Part shown: piece after piece, positions 1-16,299 of the stretch
How positions within the stretch are numbered: the stretch's first letter is position 1
Layout of the letters: the number at the start of each line of letters is the position of its first letter
Assembly: GCA_951406725.2 (NCBI GenBank)
Contig: OX597826.1
Span: forward strand, 25,172,001 to 25,236,000
From: Octopus vulgaris
Lineage: Eukaryota
Direction: 5' to 3'
Length of the DNA: 64,000 nt
Notes under the pieces: generated by a model
The model's input: the letters and a program-made list of their open reading frames with translations, nothing else
Databases searched by the model: none
Told to the model about the DNA's origin: nothing
Program-made: the position numbers and the translations under genes

Positions 1-1141
1 CAGAAAACACTTGCCCAACGGTGTCGTACATTGGGATTGAACTTGAAACCACATGGTTGGAAAGCAAACTTCTTAAACCACACGACCATGCCTGTACATA
101 TGTAAAACAAGGAATGTAATGTAAAATTTAGGATGAAGATGCTGTGTAGAGGGGGGGAGACACAAAAGATGCTTTCAAAAGTCAAATAAATTTTTTTTAA
201 AAAGCAATAAAAAATTAAAAATAAACAAAACAAAAACACACCGAAATATAGGACAAAAACTTTCAGTAAAAAATGAGAAAAATTAAATTATCTTACTGTA
301 AGCTTCTTTTTTTTATTTATTTACTTTTTTAATATTTTATATTTTTTGTTTATTTTTTTTTCATAATCATCACCATCGTTATCATCATCACAATTAATGT
401 CCTCATTAATTAATATTGCATCACATTATCACTATCGTCATCATCATCATCACCATTATCATCACAAAATTCATCACTTAAAGTAAACGTGCATACGTTA
501 AGTATGTATGTATATATATATGTGTATTGTTAAATATGTGTAGATATATACATTTACACGCACACATGTACATATATATACACAGAAAAAAACACACACA
601 CATTATCACTACCATCTTTTTACGTCCATTTTTCAATTTGGGCATGGTTTGGGTGGATTGTCACAAACCAAGTCAGTTGTACATGCACATGTATATATAT
701 GCGTGCGTGCATGTATGTGTGTGGTATACTTCAGCAAACTGAAATCGTCATTCAATGAAACCGCTATGAACTCAGTATAATAATACTTGCAAACCACAGC
801 TTTCATCATATACACACATAAATATATGCATTGATGTACACAAGGTTGTGTGTGAGTTGCATTTAAGGATGTATGCATGTACGAATAACAAAACTTTCAG
901 TACCTATGAATAAATAAATAAACTAAAAAATAATTCTATCGTTTCTTCTGACTAATCTTATTATTATTATTAGCATTATTACCAATACATAGATATATAT
1001 ATATACACATACACACATATATATATATAAATTGACAGAATGAGATAAAAAAATCCAAGGCTGTAAATAATTTTCAGAATATTTATAAATGTTCTGAAAA
1101 CTATTTACAGCGTTGGATTTTTTTTTAATCTCATTCTGTGA

Positions 1142-1180
<39 letters not shown>

Positions 1181-1321
1181 TGCTAATACATGACCCACGT
1201 TGGGCTCCTCCCTCGTATCATTATCGAACCTGGAGCTTTACCATGGTCCATCCATAGCACTTACTAAGAGTTACCCAACACGTTTTAAGTCTTCTTGATA
1301 CTAATACCTCTCATAACATAT

Positions 1322-2600
<1,279 letters not shown>

Positions 2601-3849
2601 GTATATAAAAGATTTGGTAGTTTTTAAATGAGTGTTTAAATTCTTTTACTTTATATATATACATTTTTCATACATATGAAAATGTACACACATACTTACA
2701 CACACACACATATATATATATATATACACACACATTTGTATATTTTTTGTTTTTTTGTTTTTGCAATTTACTGATTTACTGTCCTTTGCACATATTACAA
2801 AATAAAACATCAACAAACACACAAAACAAATAAAAAGATATTACCACATAAATTGTCGAGAAATCTCTCCCTCACCACGATTCACACACACACAAGAATA
2901 ACCGCAAATAAACATGTTAACATGAAATAAATAAAAAATATTAAATTTTTAAATTAATACAATTTTGGAACAGAAAGACAATAAAAAAATTTAAGATAAA
3001 AAAAATTTAAATCCAACAAATTAAAGAAAAAAATATACAAAGAATAAGTTTATGAAAAAAAACAATAAAAAAATAAAAACAAAAAAAACACATATATCAA
3101 TACTGAATACTTATGTGGATAATCTTAATGCCTTTTTGTTTTGTATTTTTGTGTTTTTTTTTATTAATAGTAATCCTTTGTATTATAGACACAGGGCCTG
3201 ATATTTGAGGGGAGGGGGATTAGTTGATTAAATTAGTCCCAGTACTTGACTGGCACTTTATTTTACCGACCTCGGAAGGATGAAGGGCAGAGTTTGACTG
3301 TTTCTGCAGGGGTGGAGGTGGGGGAATTAGATGGGGTGGGGCTGGGAAGTATTTCTTTTATATCACTTTTTTTTTTATTTGTCATAGTTTTTATATTGTT
3401 CCCCCTCATCTTTTGCCCTGGGGGCAAATAAATGAAATCATTATCCTCATTATTATTATTATTATTATTATTATGGTTTTTGATTTAGGTACAAAGCCAG
3501 CAATTATGGTAGCGGTGGGGTGGGGGTTAAGACAACGCTATTGACTCCTGTTCTTGAATAGTACTTCATTTTATTGATATTGAAAGGATGAAAGGGCAAA
3601 CCTAACTTTGGTAGAATTTGAACTCGGAGCATAAAGTTCAAATGCCATTGAGGTTAACTTTGTCTTCACCACAAATGGAGTTGAGAAGTACTGGAGCCAA
3701 CGGTATAGGCCCTAATACTTGATGAACTGTGATATGCTCAAAAATTGCAACTGCTTCCCTCAAAATTATTGGGCTTGTGTCCATGTTAGAAACCATCATT
3801 ATTATTATTATTACCATCATCATAGTTTATTTCCTTGTTGTTGTTGTTA

Positions 3850-6040
3850 AGACTGTGTACCCAGACAATTGACAACATATGTTCCATGACTACATCATGT
3901 ATGTGTACGTACAGATATATCTCTCACACACAAGGACATCTCATTCACACACATTCATGCAACTGCAATAAAAAAATGGCTTCACACTGCCAAGAAACAC
4001 TAAGCCTTCACCAAGTAACCCATTACTTGCCCTTCTGTCCTCTCAGTCACGGTTCTCCTTCTGTTTGGTCCAAATGCATGTACACAAGTCCAGCACTGTC
4101 CTAGACCTTGCTGTGACAAATAATTCCAAAATGTAAAGAAATTTGTATAGTCTTGTGATGGCATCAATAATCAAAAATCACTGCATATCATTCTGTACAA
4201 AGTGGATCTAATTGTACTTACTGCAGTTTAATCAGCCAATAGAACTCCTCTAACAACTTAAATATCGACCTCAAAGTTTCAGAAATACTTGAGGTTATCC
4301 CACATGGCACTCTGTCTGTTACGACAATGAGGGTTCCAGTTGATCATATCAATGGAATAGCCTGCTTATGAAATTAACATGCAAGTGGCTGAGCACTCCA
4401 CAGACATGTGTCCCCTTAACGTAGTTCTTGGGGAGATTCAGCATGACACAGAGTGTGACAAGGCTGGCCCGTTTGAAATACAGGTACAACAGAAGCAGGA
4501 AGAAAGAGAAAGTTGTGGTGAAAGAGTACAGCAGGGGTCACCACTACCCCCTGGTGGAGGCTCATGGAGTTTTAGGTGGTTTTGCTCAATAAACACTCAC
4601 AACGCCTGGTCTGGGAATCGAAACTGCGATCCTATGACCACGAGTCTGCTGCCCTAACCATTGGGCTATTGTGCCTCCACTGAAGTTATAATAGAGTATT
4701 CAAAGTCGTTTGATATAACAATTGCAAGAGCCAATGAGAGAATAACCCCTACACTGATAGTTAGGATAACGAAGCACCTGGTAACACCTGCCATTATAGT
4801 TAATGCAAAAGTAAGGTCACATAAGTCAGTGAATGGAAATTTATTGGTAATTTATAGACTTGACAAAATAAACACAAGTGGTTCTTCAGAATACAAACAA
4901 AACCTCATTGAAAGATAATAACATTCTTCTCTTTGAGCTCTTAGAGCTGTCCACTACTGGTTACAAAATTTTAGCAGCTTTACCAAATCAATATTCTTTT
5001 TTGTTTTTTTGGAGTGAACAATCCAGAATTTCCACAAAGGGAAGTTGTGGCTATTTATGATATGTTTTGGTTAAAATTTAAACACTCTCGGTTGTCAATG
5101 CATATATTTAAGGTGGAAACAATGTATGAAAAGTGTGAGGATTTATCTGTCTTACCCTTTTATTATGAAAAGTTTGGGGTAAAACTTGAACCTGCACTAG
5201 TCTATTTCAAATTGGCTCAGGATTTAGAAAAAGCCACAGTAGCCAATCAGGAAAGAGATCATTTTAGAGAACAATGTGAAGTCACCATTTTCCACCAAAT
5301 CAGTTAAATATCTATCAATCATGTTCTGTTGGTTTGCTCCTTCTCACATGATCAATCCTAAAAACTCTTTTGTTACCAACTTGCCTGAGACCACACTTGG
5401 TTCTATGATAAAAACTTCCTATCAAAATTCCTTGCTAATTTATCTTCCAAACATCAGCTTAATAATGAAAAAAAAAGTTAATTTACTAAATTCATTATTT
5501 TCAAAATTGATCGAAATAATGGCAGTATTTATCAACAGAAACATGGCAATGAAAGGGACAAAGCTCTATCTATCTACTTTCAAGATGCTGTTCATTGAAA
5601 TGGCAGCTGAGATATTAGCATCATATGTTGGACAAGTATTTCTTACACATGGACAATTATTTGGAGGTGATTCAAATGTAGACAATGATGATGATAACTG
5701 ATAGAAGAATTCTGGATCACTTCAACCTTCAGCAGATGAAAAACTTCCTTCTACCAGAGACACAGAAAAACTCTTTGACTTTATTAAGATTAAAGAAAGA
5801 AAATATTTTGATATTTTGCAGGTGAGGACATCAGAAATCGATAAGCAATTTTTCAGCCTGACCAAACAAGGAAGTATTCTATTATTGCTTATGAGATTAT
5901 GACTGCCAATCTTCCAGAGGATTAAGCTTGCTTAACTTGTTGAAGTTAATGCTCTGGATTAAATAATATTTTATATCACAAGCTTGAACAACAAAGCCAA
6001 AGTACCAGAGATTTTATAACTGAGAGACATGCATCAACTG
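3850..6040 (+). pseudogene. Heavily degraded coding relic, possibly a hAT-type transposase, interrupted by a SINE and a MITE
   Basis: Protein-like frames broken by stops and frameshifts: TDISLTH...AIKKWLHTAKKH (BED-finger-like), YDMFWLKFKHSRLSMHIFKVE, TEKLFDFIKIKE. The family call is a guess. Confidence 0.3.
4300..4680 (-). mobile_element. tRNA-derived SINE (family C)
   Basis: Minus-strand head with A-box (tagcccaatgg) and B-box (gtttcgattccc); flanked by tgaggttat/tgaagttat (probable TSD); related copy at ~54140-54400. Confidence 0.75.
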
Positions 6041-6437
6041 GAGGGGGGGGGGTCAAACTAAACTAACTTTAGGAAAAAGGAAAATGAGAAAAGGTTGTGA
6101 CATTCGTGTCATTTACAAAACCATTAGCTGTATAAATTAAGAGGAAGAGGCGCAAACTGAAAATGAGTTGTGACTTGGTTTTCCAGGTGATTTCTTCCTC
6201 TCTTGTTTGCATACGAGCACACAAATTATAAAATACATACATACACATTTGTTTAATGTCTGTCTTTTCTCATGCTAGCATGGGTTGGGTAGGGACTACT
6301 TTAGACGCTTTACAGCCTGTTACCCTTCCTCTGTCTGTCTGTCCATACACATACACACATACTTGCACATATATTACAAAGAGAAAGAGAGAAAAGACAT
6401 AAATACAAGAATGCATGAAGATCTATCTATCTATCTA

Positions 6438-6471
<34 letters not shown>

Positions 6472-6829
6472 CGTCTGTCTATCTATCTGTCTGTCTGTCT
6501 ATCTATCTATCCGTCTGTCTATCTATCTATTTATCTATCTCTACACATACACACACAAACTTGTTTCTGTATCCTGACACCAAAATAATAACAATGGTTT
6601 CCAATTCAGGCACAAAGCCAGCAATTTTGAAGAGAAGGGCTAATTCTATACCACTGATTCCAGTAGTCGAACAGTACTTTATTTTATTGACCTTAGAGGG
6701 ATAAAAGACAAAATTATTCCCAGTGGGATTTGAGAGTACAAAATGTAAAGAGTTGGAATGAAAGCAGCAAAACATTTTACAAATGTTTTAATGATTCTGT
6801 CACCCAATCACTCGAAACAATGAGAGTAA

Positions 6830-7131
6830 TGATGGTTTCAAATTTTGGCCCAAGGCCAGCAATTTTGGGGGAGGGCATAAGTTGATTGCATCTTAACAAT
6901 GATAATAATAATAGTCCTTTCTACAATTGGCACAAGGCCTAAAATTTGAGGGGAGGGGATTAGTCAATTACATTGACCCCCAGTATGTAATTGGTACTTA
7001 TTTTGTTGACCCTGAAAGGATGAAAGGCAAAGTCAACCTTGGCGGAATTTGAACTCAGAACATGAAGACGGACGAAATGTTGTTAAGCATTTTGCCTGGC
7101 TTGCTAATGATTCTGCCAGATCACCATCTTG

Positions 7132-7163
<32 letters not shown>

Positions 7164-7478
7164 CGTAATAACAGTGTCACAGTATCATGCATATTTGTAC
7201 ATGTGTGTGTGTGTGTGTGGTGAGTGTGTGGCGGGTGGAGGGGGCATACAGTTGAGTGAATGGCTCACAGTACATACATAACTGGTATTTGATTGATCAA
7301 CCACCTTGCTCCTGCCCCCATTGCTCTGAAGGATGAAAAGCAAAATCAATACCCCCACCGTCGCTGCCACCACCACTACCTGGATTGGATTTGAACACAG
7401 GAACACAGACAAAGGCATTTAGTCCAGTGGTCTACTATTTTTGATAATTCACTGTCCTAAATAACAACAACAACAAAA

Positions 7479-7520
<42 letters not shown>

Positions 7521-7910
7521 TCAAATTTTAGGCACAAGGCCAGCAATTTTGACAGGAGAGGTACTAGTCGATTACATCCACCCCAGAACTAGACTGGAAT
7601 TTGAAGAGCCAAAAGAAATGTCACCAAGCATTTCATCCAGTGCAGTAACAAGTCTACCAGCTTACCACCTTAATAATGATAATAATAATAATAATCCTTT
7701 CTACTAAAGGCACAAGGCCTGAAATTTGCAAGGAGAGGGTAAGTTGATCACTTCGACCCCAATGTTTTACTGGTACTTAATTTATCGTCCCTGAAAGGAT
7801 GAAAGGCAAAGTTGACCTCAGCGGAATTTGAACTCAGAATGTAAAGATGGGCGAAGTACTGCTAAGCATTTTGCCCAGTGTGCTAACAATTCTGCCAGCT
7901 TGCCGCCTTA
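6830..7910 (-). mobile_element. Cluster of tRNA-derived SINE family B copies separated by (TAA)n
   Basis: Repeated motif gaaaggatgaaaggcaaagtcaacct...ggaatttgaactcagaa (B-box gagttcaaattcc on minus); near-complete copies at ~6914-7130 and ~7695-7909. Confidence 0.85.
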
Positions 7911-8760
7911 ATAATAATATCAGTGGCAGAATAATAATAATAACAATAATAATAATAATAGAGTTTTTTCAGGGTTGAGGAGAAAAAAGGGGTAGTTTTG
8001 AGCATTCAGAAATTGAACTTCTTGTATGTATGTATGTATGTATGTATGTATATTTATACAAACAGAAATCATCTGCATTTTAGGTGGAAAATACCAACAA
8101 TGAAGAACATATCCCAACCGCAAGAGAAACACAAAATGTTTTAGTGTGGAATTCTTGTTTGCAGTCTTTGTATGCTGTTATCATTCTTCTTCTTCTTGCG
8201 GTTAACAAAGTGCTTCAAGAAGTGATATCATTATAATAGTCATTATATTTATAAAGAAGCACATCAATTGATTTCCAGAATCCTTTTTTTATTTTTTTTC
8301 TTAATTCAATTATTTTCAAAAAAAACTTCTTTATTTCTTTAAACCGGGGAATATAAATTTCAGATATCATCCAAGACTTGGGAACATTTCATCTCGGATT
8401 TTAAAAAAAGTTTTATTAATTTTTTTTATATCTATCCTCTTTCCTTCCTGCTTAGTTTGTGAACATTCTGTGTATGAGAAGCATGCACACATATATATGT
8501 ATGTGTGTGTGTCCAAAGTCGTTATGATTGTTAACAAACATTATCACCAATATCATTATTTAATTAATGCCAATGATATTTTTATATTTTTCATTTGTTT
8601 GGGTCTTTTTTTTGACCAGTTCAAAAAAAGAAAAAAATCTTCTGCTTTAATTTCCATCAGAAGAATTTTCGTTTTTTTTTTGTTATTCTTTTTTTACTCA
8701 CATTTATTCTCTGCCATCACATACGTTTTCCAGTGGTATTTGTTATTCTAAAGCTTTCCA

Positions 8761-9111
8761 TTAAGCTATATTATTGTGTGATAAACTACTTGTGCTGGCT
8801 TTTTTGGGTTTGATCATAAGAGATTGGAATTCATTGCAGTCGGAATCAAGAGAATGGATGCTCTCGAGACTGCCAGCCGGCATCAGCGGAGGCAATGCTG
8901 GTTCCATTAGTCTTTCAGTTGCCTCTAGAGAGCATTCGCCTTTCACTTCAATTGGAGATGTGCGAAAATGAACGGAGCTGCTCTGTAAGTGAACAACGCT
9001 CTCCTCCAGCATGTCATTCCGTCCGTTGACATTGTCTTCGATCACTCCTCCAGATGTAGTGACACTTTCTACTTCTACTGCTTGGTTCACGCTCTCTTGG
9101 CTACCATTTAC
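8761..9111 (-). CDS. Probable terminal coding exon of the same RING ligase (acidic, Ser-rich tail)
   Basis: ttattacag|GTAAATGGT; phase 0, compatible with the 32993 donor; 116 codons VNGSQESVNQAVEVES...SSLSHNNIA then TAA; non-repetitive, codon-like composition. GSxES shortly after the RING resembles invertebrate Goliath proteins as I recall them. Confidence 0.8.
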   Translation of the reverse strand, partial: VNGSQESVNQAVEVESVTTSGGVIEDNVNGRNDMLEESVVHLQSSSVHFRTSPIEVKGECSLEATERLMEPALPPLMPAGSLESIHSLDSDCNEFQSLMIKPKKASTSSLSHNNIA

Positions 9112-9114
9112 CTG

Positions 9115-9221
9115 TAATAATAATAATAATAATGATAATAATAATAATAATAATATTAATGATAACAACAACAATAATAATAATAATAATAATAATAATA
9201 CTATTAATGATAATAATAATA
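9115..9221. repeat. (TAA/CAA)n microsatellite abutting the terminal-exon acceptor
   Basis: Directly visible. Confidence 0.95.
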
Positions 9222-9680
9222 ATTTATTCTTTTATTAGCCACAGAGGTTCACATACAAAACATTAATTGACATAAAAGACAAAAACAAGACGATACAATG
9301 GGTTTTTGTGTGTACAAAATGTAATAATAAAAACTGAACAAATTAAAACTCCCAATAGGGGAGGCGCTTTAAGGTCCTCATGGAAAAACCCACAAAAGCC
9401 ATGGGTGCCTGAACAACAGGGCAATAGCCCTTCTTTTTTTTTTTTATAGGTGTATGCTTAGAATTGGTCCTTTCCAACATTCACCCACCTTTTAAAAAAC
9501 TTGCTACAAGGCAACACTTCCCTCTCCATCTTATGTTTCAAGTGAAACTTGAAAAAGTTGATAAGGGCTTGGCCAAAGAGGAAAGTATCTGTCTTTCGCC
9601 CTTTCAAACAGGTCCACCATACTACCTCTTTCACTACAGCCACTAGACAAATAAAAATTGCCTGCCCTTCCTGGTCAAAA
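9222..9680 (-). mobile_element. L1/Tx1-like LINE 3' fragment (ORF2 C-terminus plus 3' UTR)
   Basis: ICLVAVVKEVVWWT...LINFFKFHLK...FFKRW resembles the KxxIW...F.xxW C-terminus of L1/Tx1 ORF2; UTR ends ctgtggctAATAAAagAATAAA. Confidence 0.65.
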
Positions 9681-10966
9681 TAATAATAATAATAATAATT
9701 CATTCTAATAATCAACTGGTACTTATTTCATTGACTCTGAAAGGACAAAAAACAAAGTAACCTCAGAATGTAAAGAATCAGAACAAATTCTACAAAGCAT
9801 TTTACCAATGCTCAACCACTTCTGTCAGCTTGCCACCTTTTAAACTGTTTCCAACATAAGGCTCAAGATTTGAAAAAAGTTTCAAGAAATCGGGTTAGTT
9901 GATTAAATCACCTCAAGTACTGGACAGGTGCTTTATTTTTCATTGTGGTTGGTTATAGGAAGGACATCTAGCTGTAAAAACAGACACAGAAGTCTGGTGC
10001 AGGCTCATGCCTGGCCAGCCCCTGTCAAACTGTCCAACCCATGCCAGCATGAAAAGCAAACATTAAATGATGATGATGATGATGATGACCTTGGAAAAAT
10101 TAAATGCAAAGTTAACCTCAGCAGGATTTGAACTCAGAATTTAAAGTATCAGAATAAATATCACAATAAATATAAAATTTCCTCCAACACCACCATCACT
10201 GCCCTCAAGATTCTGCCAAACCCTTGTTAAATATTGTTTGTAAGACAGGTATAATACCATAAACTTAAGCTGACCTTTATACTAGAATTGGACCTCATTT
10301 TGATGATCTCAAAAGGGTGAAAAGCAAAGGAGACCGCCGTGAAATTTGAGCTCAGAACAGAAAGGCACCACAAGAATATTGGCAATCAGCCACCCTCTAC
10401 AAGGCCTGAAATTTGTGTGAGAGGAATAGACCGGTACTTGACCAGTCACTCCTAGCAGAATTTGAATGCAGTAACAATGTGGCATCAAATCAGGTAAACT
10501 AAAACAAAAACAGGCAGCCTTTTTTAGGAAGCAGGTTGCATGAGACACAGGCTTGTCATTAGGTAGGCAACACTACTAAAAAAACAATCCAAGCAATTTT
10601 TCGTTAGGTCATTCAGGAAGTCCCGTGGGCCGAATGTTGTCCACAGCTGATCTAAAGCCTCCAATAGCTATCCAGTTTTCTGTTAAATATCACCACACTT
10701 CTCCCCCAAATAACTTGACACTGAATATGTATCAAGGGAGATAATTATAAAATATATTATCTCCCTTGAGTTTCCCAGTTCACTTATACTACTCGTGTAT
10801 AATGCGAGAAATTAATATAAAACATCTAAATGAAAATTGCAATACGGCGTCATATTAAGAATGCTAGAAAATTTTTTTCCCATAAAATATGTAACTGATT
10901 TTTAGATACAAAAACTGGCAGTCGCATTGTATACGAGATGACACTGTATTTGAGAAAATTCGTAGT

Positions 10967-11030
<64 letters not shown>

Positions 11031-11269
11031 TACACATGTATGAGCGTATGTGTGGGTGTGTTGTACTTTAGAAACGAGATATTCTAGTTCAATGTCAGTC
11101 TATTTCTCTCGTTAAATGAATTAGATTGAAAAGGTTGTTCTTTCATCACAATGACAGCAATGTGACACGAACTTGAAACAAGAAGTAAACGTTTAATTTC
11201 TTTTTCTTTATTTTCTTTTAACGGAGTATAAATAACTAAAATCTATATCGAAACACTCGTTTCGTCGCA

Positions 11270-11411
11270 GCCACGTGTTGCTTCCCAACCACATGGTTCT
11301 GGGTTCAGTCTCACTATGTGACACCTTGGGGCAAAGAGGCTTCTATTGTGGTTTCAGGTGAACCAATGCTTTGTGAGTCGATTTGGCAGACAGAAAATGA
11401 AAAGAAGTCCA

Positions 11412-11467
<56 letters not shown>

Positions 11468-11750
11468 AAATTTAAAATAATAAGGGTGAAAAATAATTGA
11501 ATATTAATTTGAAAATTTATATATTCGAAAAATTATATATGTGTGTGTGAGTGTGTTCTAATCACTGATTAACAACCGGTGTTGGTTTGTTTGCGTCCCC
11601 GTTACCTAACCGTTCGGCAAGACAGACCAATAGAATACGTGCCAGACTTTAAAATAAGTACTGGGTTCAATTAAAGGCTTCAAGGTGATGCCCCCCCCCC
11701 AGCGTGGCCGCATTCCTATAATTGAAAGTAGTAAAAGATAAAATGATACT
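11270..11750 (+). mobile_element. tRNA-derived SINE family A (CORE-like), diverged
   Basis: ccaaccacatggttctgggttcagtc...caccttgggg...; internal (TA)n; tail similar to the other family A copies. Confidence 0.75.
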
Positions 11751-12145
11751 CCGAGGCAATGAACTGCAGAAATATCAAGAAGTTCGGAAAGGAAGCCTTA
11801 TGCTACTCGATGAATCCAACTCGTCATTTATTATTATTAATATGAGGCTGAATCGAGACCCCCACTCTACTACTACTACTACTACTACTAAATAATAATA
11901 ATAATAATAATCACCACCACCATATACTTCATTCGATTACATATCAGCAAGGATACTCCTATATGGTTGGTCTACAGGCTAGAAAAGGTAGTCAAAACTC
12001 CCGCTAAGTCCCAATGCTACTTATGTGAAATAAGGAACGATTGCATTCTATAAAGGATTGGGTAGACATGCCCCGAGATTAAACAACAACAATCATCATA
12101 TTAATATTATTTTAATTCCTTATTTTTTTGTTATTGTTAAAATAT

Positions 12146-12577
12146 TCTTTTCTGCTCTAAGAACAAGGCCCAAAATTTTTGGAGAGGAGGCCAGTCGATT
12201 AGATCGACCCTAGTACGCAACTGGTACTTAATTTATTGATCCCGAAAAGATGAAAGGCAGAGTCGACCTCAGCGGAATTTGAACTAAGAACGTAGCGGCA
12301 GACGAAATACTGCTAAGCATTTCGCCCGGCATGCTAACGATCCTTATTTCTTTATTGCCCACAAGGGGCTACACACAGAGGGGACAAACAAGGACTGACT
12401 AAGGGATTAAGTCGATTACATCGACCCCAGTGCGTAACTGGTACTTTATTTATCGGCTCCGAAAGGATGAAAGGCAAAGTCGACCTCGCCTGAATTTGAA
12501 CTCAGAACGTAACGGCAGACGAAATGCCGCTAAGCATTTCGCCCGGCGTGCTAACGTTTCTACCATTTCGCCGCCTT
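12146..12577 (-). mobile_element. Two tandem SINE family B copies with different 3' tails
   Basis: Two bodies (12146-12340, 12341-12577), both CpG-rich (young). One tail is ...ggccttgt...agaaaaga, the other ...ccccttgtgggcaataaagaaataa. Confidence 0.85.
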
Positions 12578-12780
12578 TATTCTGTTAAAATATTACATCG
12601 AGTGAGTTTCATCTCGTGACAACCGTTTGTCAGTTTCTTTCTCCTTTTTTATGATTATTTCTACTTAAGACGCTTGCTTGTGATAGCACCATTAAGATAA
12701 TTTGCTTTGTCGAGACAGTATGTAACTATTTATTGATTACATTTATCAGCAAGGAATCATGGCGTGAATTAAGAGAAATA

Positions 12781-14702
<1,922 letters not shown>

Positions 14703-14760
14703 ATATATAGAGGGCATTATTATACATACAGGCCACACGCTACGAGGGACATTAGTCATT

Positions 14761-14811
<51 letters not shown>

Positions 14812-15208
14812 GGATCTTTTCGGTTTGAATCGCAGTTTTTTCTAGCGGTGTCATATGAAATTGTCACCCATAATTATGACCCTAGTATCGATCTTATTGC
14901 ATTTCAATCTATTTTAGGGTTAGGGGTGGGGGGAAGGGTATCTTTATTTCTTCACAAATGTAAATAAACCCAATCTGTTTCTTAAACGAGGGACATATTC
15001 ATACGGCACAGAATGTTGTTTACCTCAATGGACGTCAGTGATTAGTTGAAATTGCAGAAATTGAAGAAAAAAACAACAAATATCTTACAAACTATAGAAT
15101 TTTCTCAATAAAGCCAAGAGAAAAAGATGTTTTATAAACACATTCTACCAGTATACGAAGTTTTAAATTTTTTAGTTACCTAGAAATTATGTTAAACCGA
15201 AAAGATCC
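14812..15208. mobile_element. MITE with 15-bp TIRs inserted in (TA)n
   Basis: GGATCTTTTCGGTTT ... AAACCGAAAAGATCC, with (TA)n on both sides; no ORF. Confidence 0.85.
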
Positions 15209-15325
15209 TATATATATATATATATATATATATACATTTTACGGGAAGGTTTACGAAAATAAACAAAAGACGAAGGTAGGTGGAGTACAAACAAACAATT
15301 GTATTAGTATGGAGCTCAGGAATCA

Positions 15326-15380
<55 letters not shown>

Positions 15381-15756
15381 AAATAAATTATAAAAGGAAC
15401 AAAATATAAAAGTAACACAGTTATAGGGGAAAAAAAGTCAAACTTCATTTGTTGAGGCTGGTGTAAGGGAGATAACTATTATTTAACTTAACTGACAAAT
15501 AAAAAAAAGTCTGTTTTTTTGTGAGAGAAGAAATGAGAGAAAATAGAAAGAAAGAAGGGAAAAGTATGAAAGAAAAAAATAGTTATCTTTTACTTGTTTC
15601 AGTCACTGGGCTACGGCCATGCTGAAGCACCACCTTCAAAGGTTTAGTCGGAAAAAATAAAAATTGGCCCCAGGACTTATTTTTTTTAAAGCCTAGCAAC
15701 TGATTCTATTGGTGGCTTCTTATACCGAACCGCTAAGTTACGGCGACGTAAACAAA

Positions 15757-16122
15757 GCTTGCTTACGAACCACATGGTTCCGGGTTCAGTCCCACTGCGT
15801 GGCACCTTGGGCAAGTATCTTCTCTTATAACCTCAGGCCGACCAAAGCCTTGTGAGTAGATTTGGTAGACGGAAACTGAAAGAAGCTCGTTGCATATATA
15901 TATATGTATGTGTGTGTGTATGACTGTGTGTCTGTGTTTGTCCCCCCCCCCACATCGCTGACAACCAATGCTGGTGTGTTTACGTCCTCGTAACTTAGCG
16001 GTTCAGCAAAAGATACCGATAGAATAAGTACTAGGCTTACAAAGAATAAGTCCTGGGGTCGATTTGCTCGACTAAAGGCGGTGCTCCAGCATGGCCAGTC
16101 AAATGACTGAAACAAGTAAAAG
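15757..16122 (+). mobile_element. SINE family A, preceded by an inverted 3' fragment at ~15585-15755
   Basis: B-box-like gggttcagtccc, CORE-like accttgggcaagt, tail gactgaaacaagtaaaaga. Confidence 0.9.
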
Positions 16123-16204
16123 AAACTTTTCAAGCGGTAAGAGGAGTCAAATACAACACAAAGACGCGCGCGCGCGCACACACATGCCTATCTAATCTCT
16201 CTCT

Positions 16205-16249
<45 letters not shown>

Positions 16250-16265
16250 CATACACACACACACA

Positions 16266-16299
<34 letters not shown>

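Noticed and set aside
9112-9174. Signal-peptide-like poly-Leu N-terminus of ORF 8761..9174
   Set aside because: Intronic (TTA)n upstream of the splice acceptor.
10732-10769. 14-bp-arm hairpin tcaagggagataat/attatctcccttga
   Set aside because: Short and isolated, with no supporting context for a function.
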